From assembly GCF_008189525.1 (NCBI RefSeq), contig NZ_CP043314.1:270001-302000 (forward strand): 32,000 nt of DNA, written 5' to 3'. A model generated the notes under the pieces. It was not told the origin of the DNA. It made no database searches and saw nothing but the letters and a program-made list of their open reading frames with translations. The translations under genes and the position numbers were made by a program. How positions within the stretch are numbered: the first letter of the stretch is position 1; the number at the start of each line of letters is the position of its first letter. This stretch comes from Candidatus Saccharimonadota bacterium. GTDB taxonomy: Bacteria; Pseudomonadota; Alphaproteobacteria; CAJXXZ01; 1604HC. Of the stretch, positions 8,178 through 17,338 are shown one piece after another.

Positions 8178-10034
8178 TTATTGATGTCTTTTTAATTGTA
8201 AGTTGCTTGCTGAATCTAAAGATTCTATTAATGCATTAGTATCTTTGTAATAAGAGCCATCATAAACATTAGCCTCGTTTGGGTTTTTATTTAATCTCTT
8301 TATTTGTGTAATCTTGATTGATTGATTTATATGTTGAGATTTTTCTCTGGAAGATTTTTTGATTGTGTTTGAATTTTTTTCAAAATATAAATCTTGCATA
8401 GGGGATAAACTTGCTATATCAAAAATATCTGATATTTTCTCTATTTTATTGGGATTGTTTGCATGATCCAAGTTTTCTAGATCAATGCCTTCTAATCCTA
8501 AACCTAAATCTTCTTTTAATATGTTATTATCCCTATTGAATTCATTTGTTTTTATGAGATTTTCTGTAGCATGTTTTTTATATGTAATAGGTTTTAGCGC
8601 AAACTTTCCTTCATTTATTTTTCTTATAACTTCATGATCATGCTCTATTAACTTTCCATTTTGTAAATAATTAATTTGGAAGTTATGGTTAGACTGTACG
8701 AACTCTATATTTATATTAAATGATCTTTCTATATCAAATATTTGCTCTTTATAACTGTTCAAAATATGAGTCAGAATTTCTTGTCTAGTGCCTACTATTA
8801 TTTTTGTTATTCCATCTTTTACAGCTACTATTCTGATGTTTTTTATAATAGAAGAAACAATTATGCTTGGTAATTTAAGGAAGCCGATTCCTTTGCACGA
8901 GCTGCACTTAGAGTGTGTAGATCTTAATATATTTGTCCTGATTTGTTGTCTCGACATGCTAAGTAATCCAAATTTATCTATATTACCAACATTAAATTTT
9001 GCTTTATCATTTTCTAATCTAAGCTTTATAGTTTCTTCTAACATTTGTTCATTGCTTGAGCTGTTCATATCTATAAAATCAATTACTATCAATCCACCTA
9101 TATCTCTAAGTTGTATTTGGTGAGCTATTTCTTCTGCTGCTTCTAGATTTACTAATAATGAATTCTCATCTATATTTTTTACTTTTTTGCATGAACCGGA
9201 GTTTATATCTATTGCTGTAAGAGCTTCGGTATAAGATATTTTTATATATCCACCACAAGGAAGGTTTATTCTATCACTATACAGCGCTTCTATTTGATCC
9301 ATAATCTCATGTTTTTCAAAAATAGGTTGTTTATCTTTATGTGGTTTTATTTTTATCCTGTTTTTTATAATATCTTTTATTTTTAAATGACCTTCAATAT
9401 GTATTTCTGTATTTTTCTTATAATAATCTCTTATAATTTTCTCTGCTAAGTTAAATTCTTCTCTTATTAAATGTATTTCTTTTTTAGAATAACTTTCTTC
9501 TATTGTATTTAGTATTTTTTGAACATTTACGCAGTCTTGATCCAACGCTTCTAGGTTTTCATCTTCAGATTCTTTTCTGAAAATTACATTTAGACTTTCT
9601 TTGAATCCTTTTTCATTGAACCAATTTTGTAGAATTTCTCTTTTTTCTAAAGAAGTTATTTTTTTTGATATTCCCATGTTTTTTACTTTATTAGCAACAA
9701 ATATCATTAAAAGGGTTTTTATTTCTACGAATGAAGTTAATGTAACTCCTTTATTATCCTTCTCATCTTTAGTGACTTGTACCGCTATGAACTCTCCTTT
9801 TCTAAGGACTTTAAAAGCATGAGAAAATGGTAGAAATCCATTTTTTTCATTTCCATAGTTTATAAAATATGCTTGTAAAGAGTGCTCGACGTGATCAACT
9901 TGTCCTAAATATATATTTCCTATTATAGATTTTTTATCATTTGATTCATAAAAGAAGTGAACTAATCTTTCCTCTTCTTTTATAGCTACTTGTAAATTTT
10001 TTTCATCAGATGCATCTATTAAAATGCTTTTCAC
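8178..10034 (-). CDS. rne: Ribonuclease E/G family endoribonuclease
   Basis: 618 aa with a GTG start. The N-terminus MKSILIDASDEKNLQVAIKEE parallels RNase E MKRMLINATQQEELRVA. S1 region GNIYLGQVDHVEHSLQAYFINYG. Catalytic block TAIDINSG ... EIAHQIQLRDIGGLIVIDFIDM. Zn-link-like CSSCKGIG. Low-complexity C-terminal tail. Confidence 0.85.
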   Translation of the reverse strand: MKSILIDASDEKNLQVAIKEEERLVHFFYESNDKKSIIGNIYLGQVDHVEHSLQAYFINYGNEKNGFLPFSHAFKVLRKGEFIAVQVTKDEKDNKGVTLTSFVEIKTLLMIFVANKVKNMGISKKITSLEKREILQNWFNEKGFKESLNVIFRKESEDENLEALDQDCVNVQKILNTIEESYSKKEIHLIREEFNLAEKIIRDYYKKNTEIHIEGHLKIKDIIKNRIKIKPHKDKQPIFEKHEIMDQIEALYSDRINLPCGGYIKISYTEALTAIDINSGSCKKVKNIDENSLLVNLEAAEEIAHQIQLRDIGGLIVIDFIDMNSSSNEQMLEETIKLRLENDKAKFNVGNIDKFGLLSMSRQQIRTNILRSTHSKCSSCKGIGFLKLPSIIVSSIIKNIRIVAVKDGITKIIVGTRQEILTHILNSYKEQIFDIERSFNINIEFVQSNHNFQINYLQNGKLIEHDHEVIRKINEGKFALKPITYKKHATENLIKTNEFNRDNNILKEDLGLGLEGIDLENLDHANNPNKIEKISDIFDIASLSPMQDLYFEKNSNTIKKSSREKSQHINQSIKITQIKRLNKNPNEANVYDGSYYKDTNALIESLDSASNLQLKRHQ

Positions 10035-10072
10035 ACTGGAATCGTAACATAATTTGACTAATTAAAGAACAA

Positions 10073-11710
10073 TTATGAAATAACAGAGCTAGATTTTAAC
10101 TGATCAACTATCTTTCTATAGAATTTACAAATTTCCCCAGCTCCTATAAAAATGAATGTATTAGGTTCTGTCTTAGATCCTGACTTGTGTAAATTTCTGA
10201 TGTTTTCCTTCTTATTATCTTTTTCTGCTTTTAAAGTTTGATCTAGATAAATTTCTAATTCATTATACTTATCAACCTTAGTTAAATTATATGAACCATC
10301 AAACTGCTCTTTCATAAAATTATTTAGCATATTAAAAAACTTAATATCTAACTGTTTATCTTTTATTTCCCCTGCAGAATGTATAGGCGCTACTATTATA
10401 TTTTCAAATCCTTCTAAGCATTTTACAAATGAATCTAAGTTGTTGAAAAGTCTGCTATATTTATGTATTTCCAGTATTATTTTTACATTTTTATATTCTC
10501 TGTTTTTTATGCAATTTAGTAATGCTTTTATTTCAACTGGATGATGAGCATAATCCATAATATAAGTGTTTTTAGAATCTGAATAACCTTCCATTCTGTT
10601 TGACATGCCAGGAAATGTTTTCATGGACTTTAAGATTGTAGAATCATTTATGTAAGTACCTTCATTTATTAGATTTTTTGCTAATAATATAACAGAAAGT
10701 GCATTTTCTATATTATGTTTTCCTATATTATTCATCATTATATTTTCTATATTAAAATAAACCCTATCTCCGCTAGATTTTTCTGTAAAAAAACCTTTAA
10801 CATCGAAAATCATAGAATCTTTATTTATACTTATGTTTTCTGCATATATATTTGATTTTATACTTTTTAAAATAGGTTCTTTTGAATCAATTCCATATGA
10901 ATGAAGTGTTCTGTTTATTTTATGCATATTGTTTAACTGATTATTTAACTGAGCATTTGATTTTTCTTTATGACTAAATTTATCAGCCTCTTTCTCTTCT
11001 GAAAAAATTTTATCAAAACATGAAATATGAGATATAACATTATTTACAGCAAATTTATTAAAAGCTTTGTTGAGGTTTTCCTGTGTTTCATAGTAATCCA
11101 TATGCTCTCCATCTATATTTGTTAATATATTCCAGTTACCAGAGAGTTTTTGCATAGATCCATCTGATTCATCTGATTCAATAACTGCAAATTTACTTTT
11201 ATTTAATTCAGATAGTTTTCCTACTTCTAGTATTTTATCTCCTAGTGCGTAAGATGGATTTTCTTTAGCAGTTTTTAGTAACCAAGTTATCATACCAGAT
11301 GTAGTGGTTTTTCCATGGGATCCAGAAACACATATAGAAATAGCATTTTCAGGAATTATTTGTTTTAGAAAATCTGCTCTGTGAAATATAGGTATTTTTT
11401 TTGAAATTGCATGAATATATTGAGGGTGAGTTTTTTTTATTACTCCAGTAGTTACAATACAATCTGCTTCGAAATCTGTAGAATTTTCTGGTATGTTTAT
11501 CCAGTTAGATTTGTTTTTTTCTTCTTTCATTGATTCGAACTTTTTATTATTAAAGTGTTTATTGTAACTTTTACTTTCATTTAGTTGATTTGTACTTAAT
11601 TCGTTATTCTGATGTAATCCACTGCTACTATCATCGCTGCCTGTAAATTCATATCCAATCTTAGTAGCCCATTCTTTTATAGCTGATATTCCTTTTCCTC
11701 CAGCTCCCAA
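10073..11710 (-). CDS. murC: UDP-N-acetylmuramate--L-alanine ligase
   Basis: Mur ligase blocks SGSHGKTTT, ESDESDGS, NIDGEHMDYY, GKHNIENAL, DYAHHPVEI and GAGEI. The track start (TTG at 11710) cuts into the conserved Rossmann strand: the in-frame upstream codons read KKIHF before LGAGGKG. The frame stays open to 11830, so the true start is probably upstream and non-ATG (see finding). Two N/K-rich insertions. Confidence 0.85.
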   Translation of the reverse strand: MGAGGKGISAIKEWATKIGYEFTGSDDSSSGLHQNNELSTNQLNESKSYNKHFNNKKFESMKEEKNKSNWINIPENSTDFEADCIVTTGVIKKTHPQYIHAISKKIPIFHRADFLKQIIPENAISICVSGSHGKTTTSGMITWLLKTAKENPSYALGDKILEVGKLSELNKSKFAVIESDESDGSMQKLSGNWNILTNIDGEHMDYYETQENLNKAFNKFAVNNVISHISCFDKIFSEEKEADKFSHKEKSNAQLNNQLNNMHKINRTLHSYGIDSKEPILKSIKSNIYAENISINKDSMIFDVKGFFTEKSSGDRVYFNIENIMMNNIGKHNIENALSVILLAKNLINEGTYINDSTILKSMKTFPGMSNRMEGYSDSKNTYIMDYAHHPVEIKALLNCIKNREYKNVKIILEIHKYSRLFNNLDSFVKCLEGFENIIVAPIHSAGEIKDKQLDIKFFNMLNNFMKEQFDGSYNLTKVDKYNELEIYLDQTLKAEKDNKKENIRNLHKSGSKTEPNTFIFIGAGEICKFYRKIVDQLKSSSVIS

Positions 11711-11920
11711 AAAATGAATTTTTTTTATATTTGTAGAGATTGTTTCAGGTTTTTTCCACAGATTTCTAAGGTCTTCTAGATTATCTATTTTTGTATTTGT
11801 ATTTTTGTTAATTTTACTTCTCCTATCCTGTTACATGTTTAAATAAGAAAATAAAGGTTTTATTTTTATATCAGGTTTAATATTTAGTTAAATAGAATAA
11901 TACTTATTTTCATCTTTAAT

Positions 11921-13120
11921 TTAAACTTGATTAGTTTTTTTATGATCTTCTACTATTTCGTTCACTATGATTAATCCTCCATGTACGGGCATCCACTTAG
12001 ATAAGTTCATAGATTTGCTTTCCAAATTAAACTCTTCATTTTTCATTTTTTCTTTTTTCTCTTCAGCTATTTTAACTTCATTTGTTTGATTTGATTTCGT
12101 TAATGTATCCTTTTTTATATTTGTTGTATTATCTTCTGAGGTATTTATTTCATTGTTTAAACCTTCTGAGTTATTGATATATTTATATACTTTCATGATT
12201 AGATTTGAAACATAATCCGGGGTACACATTTCTTCCTTAACACACCAACCTCCAGTGCTGCTTTCGAACCATAATGCATTCCTTAATTGATGATTATCTT
12301 TTGATTTAGACCAAGGAACTAGCATTGCTGGTCTCATTGATGCTGTTAAATCACATATTGTAGAAAAGCCTGCTCTAGCAAATACTAAGTTGCTCCAAGG
12401 TAAAGATGTATTTGTATCAATGAATTTTTCTAGAGATACCTCTTTAAATCCGATGTTTTTGTAAATTTTGTCAAAATATTCATAATCCTTGCCGACTTGT
12501 TGTCTTATAGAGATTTGACTTAAAACTTCTTTAGGTAATTTACTAAAAGCACTTGGAAGTATGAATTTCCAGAATGGTGTGTTTATACTACTTCCAATTA
12601 CTAGTAATTTTATTCCTGAATTAATTTTTATAGGGTAGGATTTTATAGAATGCCTTGGTATTAACCCTACAATAGAAGATTTTTGCTTATTAGCTTTAAT
12701 GTTAAAAGATGATAAAAAGATTTTATTACAAAAATACCCTAGGGCTCTGTTTGCTTTACCCATTATCTGATCACCTTGATATATATACATTTTTTTTCTT
12801 TTTAGTTTAGCTGCTATACAAGCTGGTAGGGATATGTAAGCTCCAAATCCAATCACACAAGAATTAGGATTGTTTTTTATTATTTTCATGGATTTGAATA
12901 TACTTTTAAAGAACTTTATTGGATGTAACAATATATTCGGTAGAATTGGAATTACATATATTTCATCAAATAAAGTTTTATCAACGTATTTGTAGCCTCT
13001 TTGATCGGTGATCATAATTCTTTTTATATTTCTTGCTTTTGCAAAAAATGCAGTACCATTTGCAGTAAAAACATGACCAGCTGTTCCGCCTCCAGAGAAT
13101 ACTATTGTTGAAATTTCCAC
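11921..13120 (-). CDS. murG: Undecaprenyldiphospho-muramoylpentapeptide beta-N-acetylglucosaminyltransferase
   Basis: 399 aa with a GTG start. VFSGGGTAGHVF matches the MurG G-loop (GGTGGH). The C-terminal domain has ARAGFSTICDLTA and HQLRNA. An N/E/K-rich insertion of about 55 aa sits near the C-terminus. Adjacent to murC, as in dcw clusters. Confidence 0.85.
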   Translation of the reverse strand: MEISTIVFSGGGTAGHVFTANGTAFFAKARNIKRIMITDQRGYKYVDKTLFDEIYVIPILPNILLHPIKFFKSIFKSMKIIKNNPNSCVIGFGAYISLPACIAAKLKRKKMYIYQGDQIMGKANRALGYFCNKIFLSSFNIKANKQKSSIVGLIPRHSIKSYPIKINSGIKLLVIGSSINTPFWKFILPSAFSKLPKEVLSQISIRQQVGKDYEYFDKIYKNIGFKEVSLEKFIDTNTSLPWSNLVFARAGFSTICDLTASMRPAMLVPWSKSKDNHQLRNALWFESSTGGWCVKEEMCTPDYVSNLIMKVYKYINNSEGLNNEINTSEDNTTNIKKDTLTKSNQTNEVKIAEEKKEKMKNEEFNLESKSMNLSKWMPVHGGLIIVNEIVEDHKKTNQV

Positions 13121-13141
13121 AAAACAACATTATCTTGCATT

Positions 13142-14938
13142 ATGGTAAAAAGCAACAAAAGTCAAATTGATGAATATATTAGTGAGTTTAATTTAGATTA
13201 CAACAAGCGAGTTCTTTCTAGCTCTATGACAAAAGATAAAATTAATAAAAATATCTCTATCTCTGGTTGGTTAGCAAAAAAAAGAGATCATGGGAATATG
13301 ATCTTTATTGATGTTCGTGATCATAAAGGAATAATTCAATGCATCATAGATAAAAATCATGAGAAATTTGAGGAAATTGAAAAATTAAATGTAGAGAGTG
13401 TTATTTGGATAAATGGACTTGCTACTGCTAGACCTAAAGAATCTATTAATGAAAAAATAGATTCTGGTTATATAGAAATAAAGGTAGATAGTTTTGTTAT
13501 TTTGTCTAAATCTGAAACATTGCCTTTTGCTTTGCATCAAGAAGATATAGGTGAAGAAATACGGTTAAAGCATAGGTATATAGACTTAAGAAGAGAAGAT
13601 TTAAAAAATAGAATAATTCTTAGATCTAATGTAATTTCAGAAATGAGGAGTGCATTAGAAGAAAAGGGTTTCATAGAAATTCATACTCCAATTTTGACAT
13701 CAAGCTCTCCAGAAGGTGCTAGAGATTATTTAGTTCCTAGCAGAGCAAATAAAGGTAAGTTTTATGCACTTCCACAAGCTCCGCAACAATTTAAGCAGCT
13801 TCTTATGGTTGGAGGTTTTAATAAATATTACCAAGTTGCTCCATGTTTCAGAGATGAGGATTCCAGAGCTGATAGGACTCCAGGTGCTTTCTATCAATTA
13901 GATTTGGAAATGTCTTTTGTTTCTCAAGAAGATATTTTTGAGATCATGGAAGGCCTTTTGTACAGAATTTTCTCAAAATTCAGATCAGATGTTTTTTCTT
14001 CAAAACCTCCATTTAAGAGAATAAAATATCAAGACTCTTTAATGTTATATGGAACTGATAAGCCAGATTTGAGGATTGATCTACAGTATTTAGATTTTAC
14101 AGAATTTTTTGTAGAAAACACTCCGAAAATCTTTGAGCAAGTTTTACAAGATGGAGGAAAAATTTTGTGCCTTCCTGTAAATAACTTAAGCTCTAAGAGT
14201 AGGAAGTTTTTTGACGGAATGAATGACTTTGCTCGTGAGCTTGGTGCAAAAGGGCTTGGCTACATATGCTTGTCTCCTGAGAAAAAAGGAAGCATGTCTA
14301 AATTTTTGAGTGATGAAGTATGCAATAAAATTAAAGAAAAGGCTGATGGCGCTTTCTTTTTGGCTGGAAAATTTTCTGAAATAGTGAAATGCATGGATCC
14401 AATAATTAAGAAAATTTCTAAAGAAATGGATTTAATTAAAAAAGATAGATATGAGTTTTGTTGGATTATAGATTATCCAATGTATGAGATGGATGATAAT
14501 GGTAAATGGGATTTTTCTCACAACCCTTTTTCGATGCCTCAAGGTGGAATGAGTGCTTTTGACTTAGACCCAAGTGAGATTAAAGCTTATCAGTATGACA
14601 TAGTTTGTAATGGTATAGAGCTTTCTAGTGGAGCTATTAGAAATCATGATTTAGATATAATGTATAAAGCTTTTGATGTAGCTGGATATACAAAATCAGA
14701 AGTAGATGAAAAATTCTCTGCAATAACAGAGGCTTTCAAATACGGTGCTCCACCTCATGGTGGATCTGCTCCAGGAATAGATAGAATAGTTATGCTTTTG
14801 TCTGATATGCAGAATATCAGAGAAGTAATACCTTTTCCTTTAAATCAAAGTGGTCAAGATCTAATGATGAATGCTCCTTCAGAAATAGAGGAAAGTCAAT
14901 TAAAAGACCTTGGCTTACAATCCATAAAAGAAGATTAA
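13142..14938 (+). CDS. aspS: Aspartate--tRNA ligase (class II)
   Basis: 598 aa. Contains ISGWLAKKRDHGNMIFIDVRDHKGIIQC, motif 2 FYQVAPCFRDEDSRADRTPGAFYQLDLEMSF, and motif 3 GAPPHGGSAPGIDRIVMLL. An alternative start at the internal Met (13226) would widen the 21-bp divergent spacer to murG. Confidence 0.95.
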   Translation: MVKSNKSQIDEYISEFNLDYNKRVLSSSMTKDKINKNISISGWLAKKRDHGNMIFIDVRDHKGIIQCIIDKNHEKFEEIEKLNVESVIWINGLATARPKESINEKIDSGYIEIKVDSFVILSKSETLPFALHQEDIGEEIRLKHRYIDLRREDLKNRIILRSNVISEMRSALEEKGFIEIHTPILTSSSPEGARDYLVPSRANKGKFYALPQAPQQFKQLLMVGGFNKYYQVAPCFRDEDSRADRTPGAFYQLDLEMSFVSQEDIFEIMEGLLYRIFSKFRSDVFSSKPPFKRIKYQDSLMLYGTDKPDLRIDLQYLDFTEFFVENTPKIFEQVLQDGGKILCLPVNNLSSKSRKFFDGMNDFARELGAKGLGYICLSPEKKGSMSKFLSDEVCNKIKEKADGAFFLAGKFSEIVKCMDPIIKKISKEMDLIKKDRYEFCWIIDYPMYEMDDNGKWDFSHNPFSMPQGGMSAFDLDPSEIKAYQYDIVCNGIELSSGAIRNHDLDIMYKAFDVAGYTKSEVDEKFSAITEAFKYGAPPHGGSAPGIDRIVMLLSDMQNIREVIPFPLNQSGQDLMMNAPSEIEESQLKDLGLQSIKED

Positions 14939-14977
14939 ATTACAATACAATATTTAATTAATTTAGATTCAGAAGAT

Positions 14978-15005
14978 ATAGATTTAAAAAATCTATTCTT
15001 TTTTG
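14978..15005. terminator. Possible bidirectional intrinsic terminator between two convergent genes
   Basis: ATAGATTT-aaa-AAATCTAT hairpin (8-bp stem, almost all A/T) followed by TCTTTTTTG. It lies between the aspS stop and the stop of the 15062..16849 gene. Such hairpins arise easily in AT-rich DNA. Confidence 0.3.
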
Positions 15006-15061
15006 ATTAGTGTTAATAATTTAAGTAAATGTGAAAACATAATCCTGTAAAAAGATTTGTG

Positions 15062-16849
15062 TTATAGAATATGCTCTGAATATCTTTCTAATTCATATTC
15101 TGAATATTTTAGATCAAAGTCTACTATATCCATTTCTTCACTGCTTAACAGGCCAATAAGCCCAGCTGCTCTAAGCATGTCATTAAAATATTTATAAAAC
15201 GGTTTCAAGAGAAAAACCAACCCCTCATTATTAGTTATCGTTTTTCCTATCGAATATTTTTCTAATATAGTTGTGTTGTCTTTATCTAATGTTTTTATAT
15301 AGAAATTAATAGTTTGCCCTAAAATATCTTTACATTCATAAATCTTTAGATAATTTCCACTGAGATTTTGTGTTGATTTGTATATAGTTTGCCCTATACT
15401 TCTGCTAAAAATGGTGCTATGTTTTGAATTAATTTTAAATTCACTTAGGAATTGATTTATGTGGCTTACTAGAGAATGCATAAGCATGTTTCTTCTATAC
15501 TGTTCTGGTGCTAAAGGATATATTCTAATAAACATAACTTTACTAACTTGTGATAGAGCAGCATAAGATCCTGGGTCACAATAAGTTGATATAAGCATTA
15601 AACAATCTGAAGGGATTATTAATAAATCTCCACTATCTATTTCTTGCATGTGTGCTGGATTTGTATTCTCAGTTTCAATCTTTTTTTGTTCGTAATCATA
15701 TTCAATTTCTGCTATAGTCAATTCTTTAAAGTTGTTTATTGCTTTTGTAATGCTTTTAGGTAAAATTTCTGGAAAACCTTCTGTTTTTTGTTTCTTTGAA
15801 ACCTCTAGATCTATAATTTTATAAGCTTTATTCACCTCTTTTTCTTTGCTCTTTTCAAGCTCTTCATATGCTTTTGATTTTATTTCTTTGCTTATTTTTG
15901 AATATATAATTTCATTGTATATAATTCTGCTCTTTGTAGACATATTTTTTAGAAGTTTTTTTAGTTTCTTTAAAAATGATTTCTTTTCTTCCTGCTTTGT
16001 AATAATTAAGTTTGAGTTTTTTCTAGAATCTATTTTAGTAAAATCACTTACCCATTTGTTTATTATTTCTGTTCTGATTTGTGATTCCATAGAAGTTAAA
16101 CGTTCGAATTGTTTTAAGGTTTGAATTTCCTTATATTTACTGCTTCTTAATAGTTCTACGTGTTCTTCCATAAATTCCTGTTCTATGCGCTCTCTAGCTT
16201 TTCTTTCTGATGACTCTGCTATATCTAAGAGTGGGTTTTTAAATATAATATACATTCTGTTTAATTCGAGATTTTCTTCATTTATTATACTTTTCATCTC
16301 TCTCGCACTATCTTGACACAAAGCATCTAAAGATCTTTCTTGTTTGTCTTTAAGATATTTTTCATCTCTAGTCTTTTCTTGCCTTTTGTATTCTCTTTTT
16401 ACTTGTTTATCTGAAATGAAATCAAAAGTTCTTTTTAGATATTTCATTTCGTCAGAGGTTTCATTAAAAGTTTCATCTTCATTTTGTCCTGAATATAGTT
16501 GGTAATGTGATTGATCTATAATTAGCTTTAATAAGCCATTTTCTAATTTCATACTTATCTTATCTGATAAAAATGATCTTTCTGAAGAAATAAATGTATT
16601 TGCTTTTACTAAATATACATCTTTTTCATTAAATTTGACTTCAAATGTAATCTCGTATTCTAAGGGTTTTGTGCACCTTAAGAATCCTATAACATTTTTG
16701 TCTGGCATTTTTTCTCTTAAAGATTCTAATGTGTTTCTAGATTCTAATGTATGTTCTGGTTCGTATTTTTTTTCGATATCTAAATAAAAACAAGATATGT
16801 TTTTTATAAAAAAAGTTAGTAGTAAGAAAGCATTAAATAAAACATTCAT
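15062..16849 (-). CDS. Hypothetical secreted-looking coiled-coil protein with a C-terminal F-box-like motif
   Basis: 595-aa ORF with three parts. (1) Hydrophobic N-terminus MNVLFNAFLLLTFFIKNISC, signal-peptide-like. (2) A long K/E/R-rich, probably coiled-coil middle. (3) Residues about 410-455, LIIPSDCLMLISTYCDPGSYAALSQVSKVMFIRI, fit the F-box consensus L-P-x-E-[IL]-L-x-x-I-x-x-x-L-x-x-x-x-L-x-x-x-x-x-V-[SC]-K-x-W. Confidence 0.6.
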   Translation of the reverse strand: MNVLFNAFLLLTFFIKNISCFYLDIEKKYEPEHTLESRNTLESLREKMPDKNVIGFLRCTKPLEYEITFEVKFNEKDVYLVKANTFISSERSFLSDKISMKLENGLLKLIIDQSHYQLYSGQNEDETFNETSDEMKYLKRTFDFISDKQVKREYKRQEKTRDEKYLKDKQERSLDALCQDSAREMKSIINEENLELNRMYIIFKNPLLDIAESSERKARERIEQEFMEEHVELLRSSKYKEIQTLKQFERLTSMESQIRTEIINKWVSDFTKIDSRKNSNLIITKQEEKKSFLKKLKKLLKNMSTKSRIIYNEIIYSKISKEIKSKAYEELEKSKEKEVNKAYKIIDLEVSKKQKTEGFPEILPKSITKAINNFKELTIAEIEYDYEQKKIETENTNPAHMQEIDSGDLLIIPSDCLMLISTYCDPGSYAALSQVSKVMFIRIYPLAPEQYRRNMLMHSLVSHINQFLSEFKINSKHSTIFSRSIGQTIYKSTQNLSGNYLKIYECKDILGQTINFYIKTLDKDNTTILEKYSIGKTITNNEGLVFLLKPFYKYFNDMLRAAGLIGLLSSEEMDIVDFDLKYSEYELERYSEHIL

Positions 16850-17101
16850 AATTCATTGTATGAAAATGTTTTTTATTGTCCATAGCAAAGTAAGAAAAAT
16901 ATTTTATTTTATTTTGCACAAATAATATTATGTAAAAGATTAGATATATATGTTGTGTAGAAACTAATCTGGTATTATGCATAAAATTGAAAAGCATAAA
17001 AAATAAATTATAATTTAGCTTTTATTTATCTTCTAAGAAAGATTGATTAAGAATGTAAATTATTTACAAAAAACAAATAGAATGTAATAATTAAAGTCAT
17101 A

Positions 17102-17174
17102 GCCGGGTTAGCTCAGTTGGTAGAGCGGCTGATTTGTAATCAGTAGGTCGTTGGTTCGAATCCAATACCCGGCA
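17102..17174 (+). tRNA. tRNA-Thr (anticodon UGU)
   Basis: 73-nt cloverleaf read by hand. Acceptor GCCGGGT/ACCCGGC, D-arm GCTC-AGTTGGTA-GAGC, anticodon arm GCTGA-TTTGTAA-TCAGT (TGT at positions 34-36), variable loop AGGTC, T-arm GTTGG-TTCGAAT-CCAAT, discriminator A. CCA is not encoded. Confidence 0.9.
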
Positions 17175-17338
17175 AATTTCTCAAAATCTTTTTAATAACA
17201 TAAAAAAGTGCTTTCTGTTGAATGGAAGAGTGTCTTTCTAATAGTAGGTATTTTATTATGATATAAAATTATTTCAATTCTCTAAGAATTATTTTTTTCG
17301 AATTGCTGAATCTCATCAAATTTGTTATAAGTTCTAGC

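Noticed and set aside
10073-11830. murC as a pseudogene, because it lacks an ATG or GTG start
   Set aside because: The reading frame is intact for more than 545 codons with all Mur-ligase motifs preserved. A non-canonical start explains this more simply than gene decay.
16850-17302. Integrase, att-site duplication or other mobile-element hallmarks around tRNA-Thr(UGU)
   Set aside because: I found no second copy of the tRNA 3-prime end (ATACCCGGCA) and no recombinase-like ORF nearby. The islet idea therefore rests only on gene content, and no mobile element is called.
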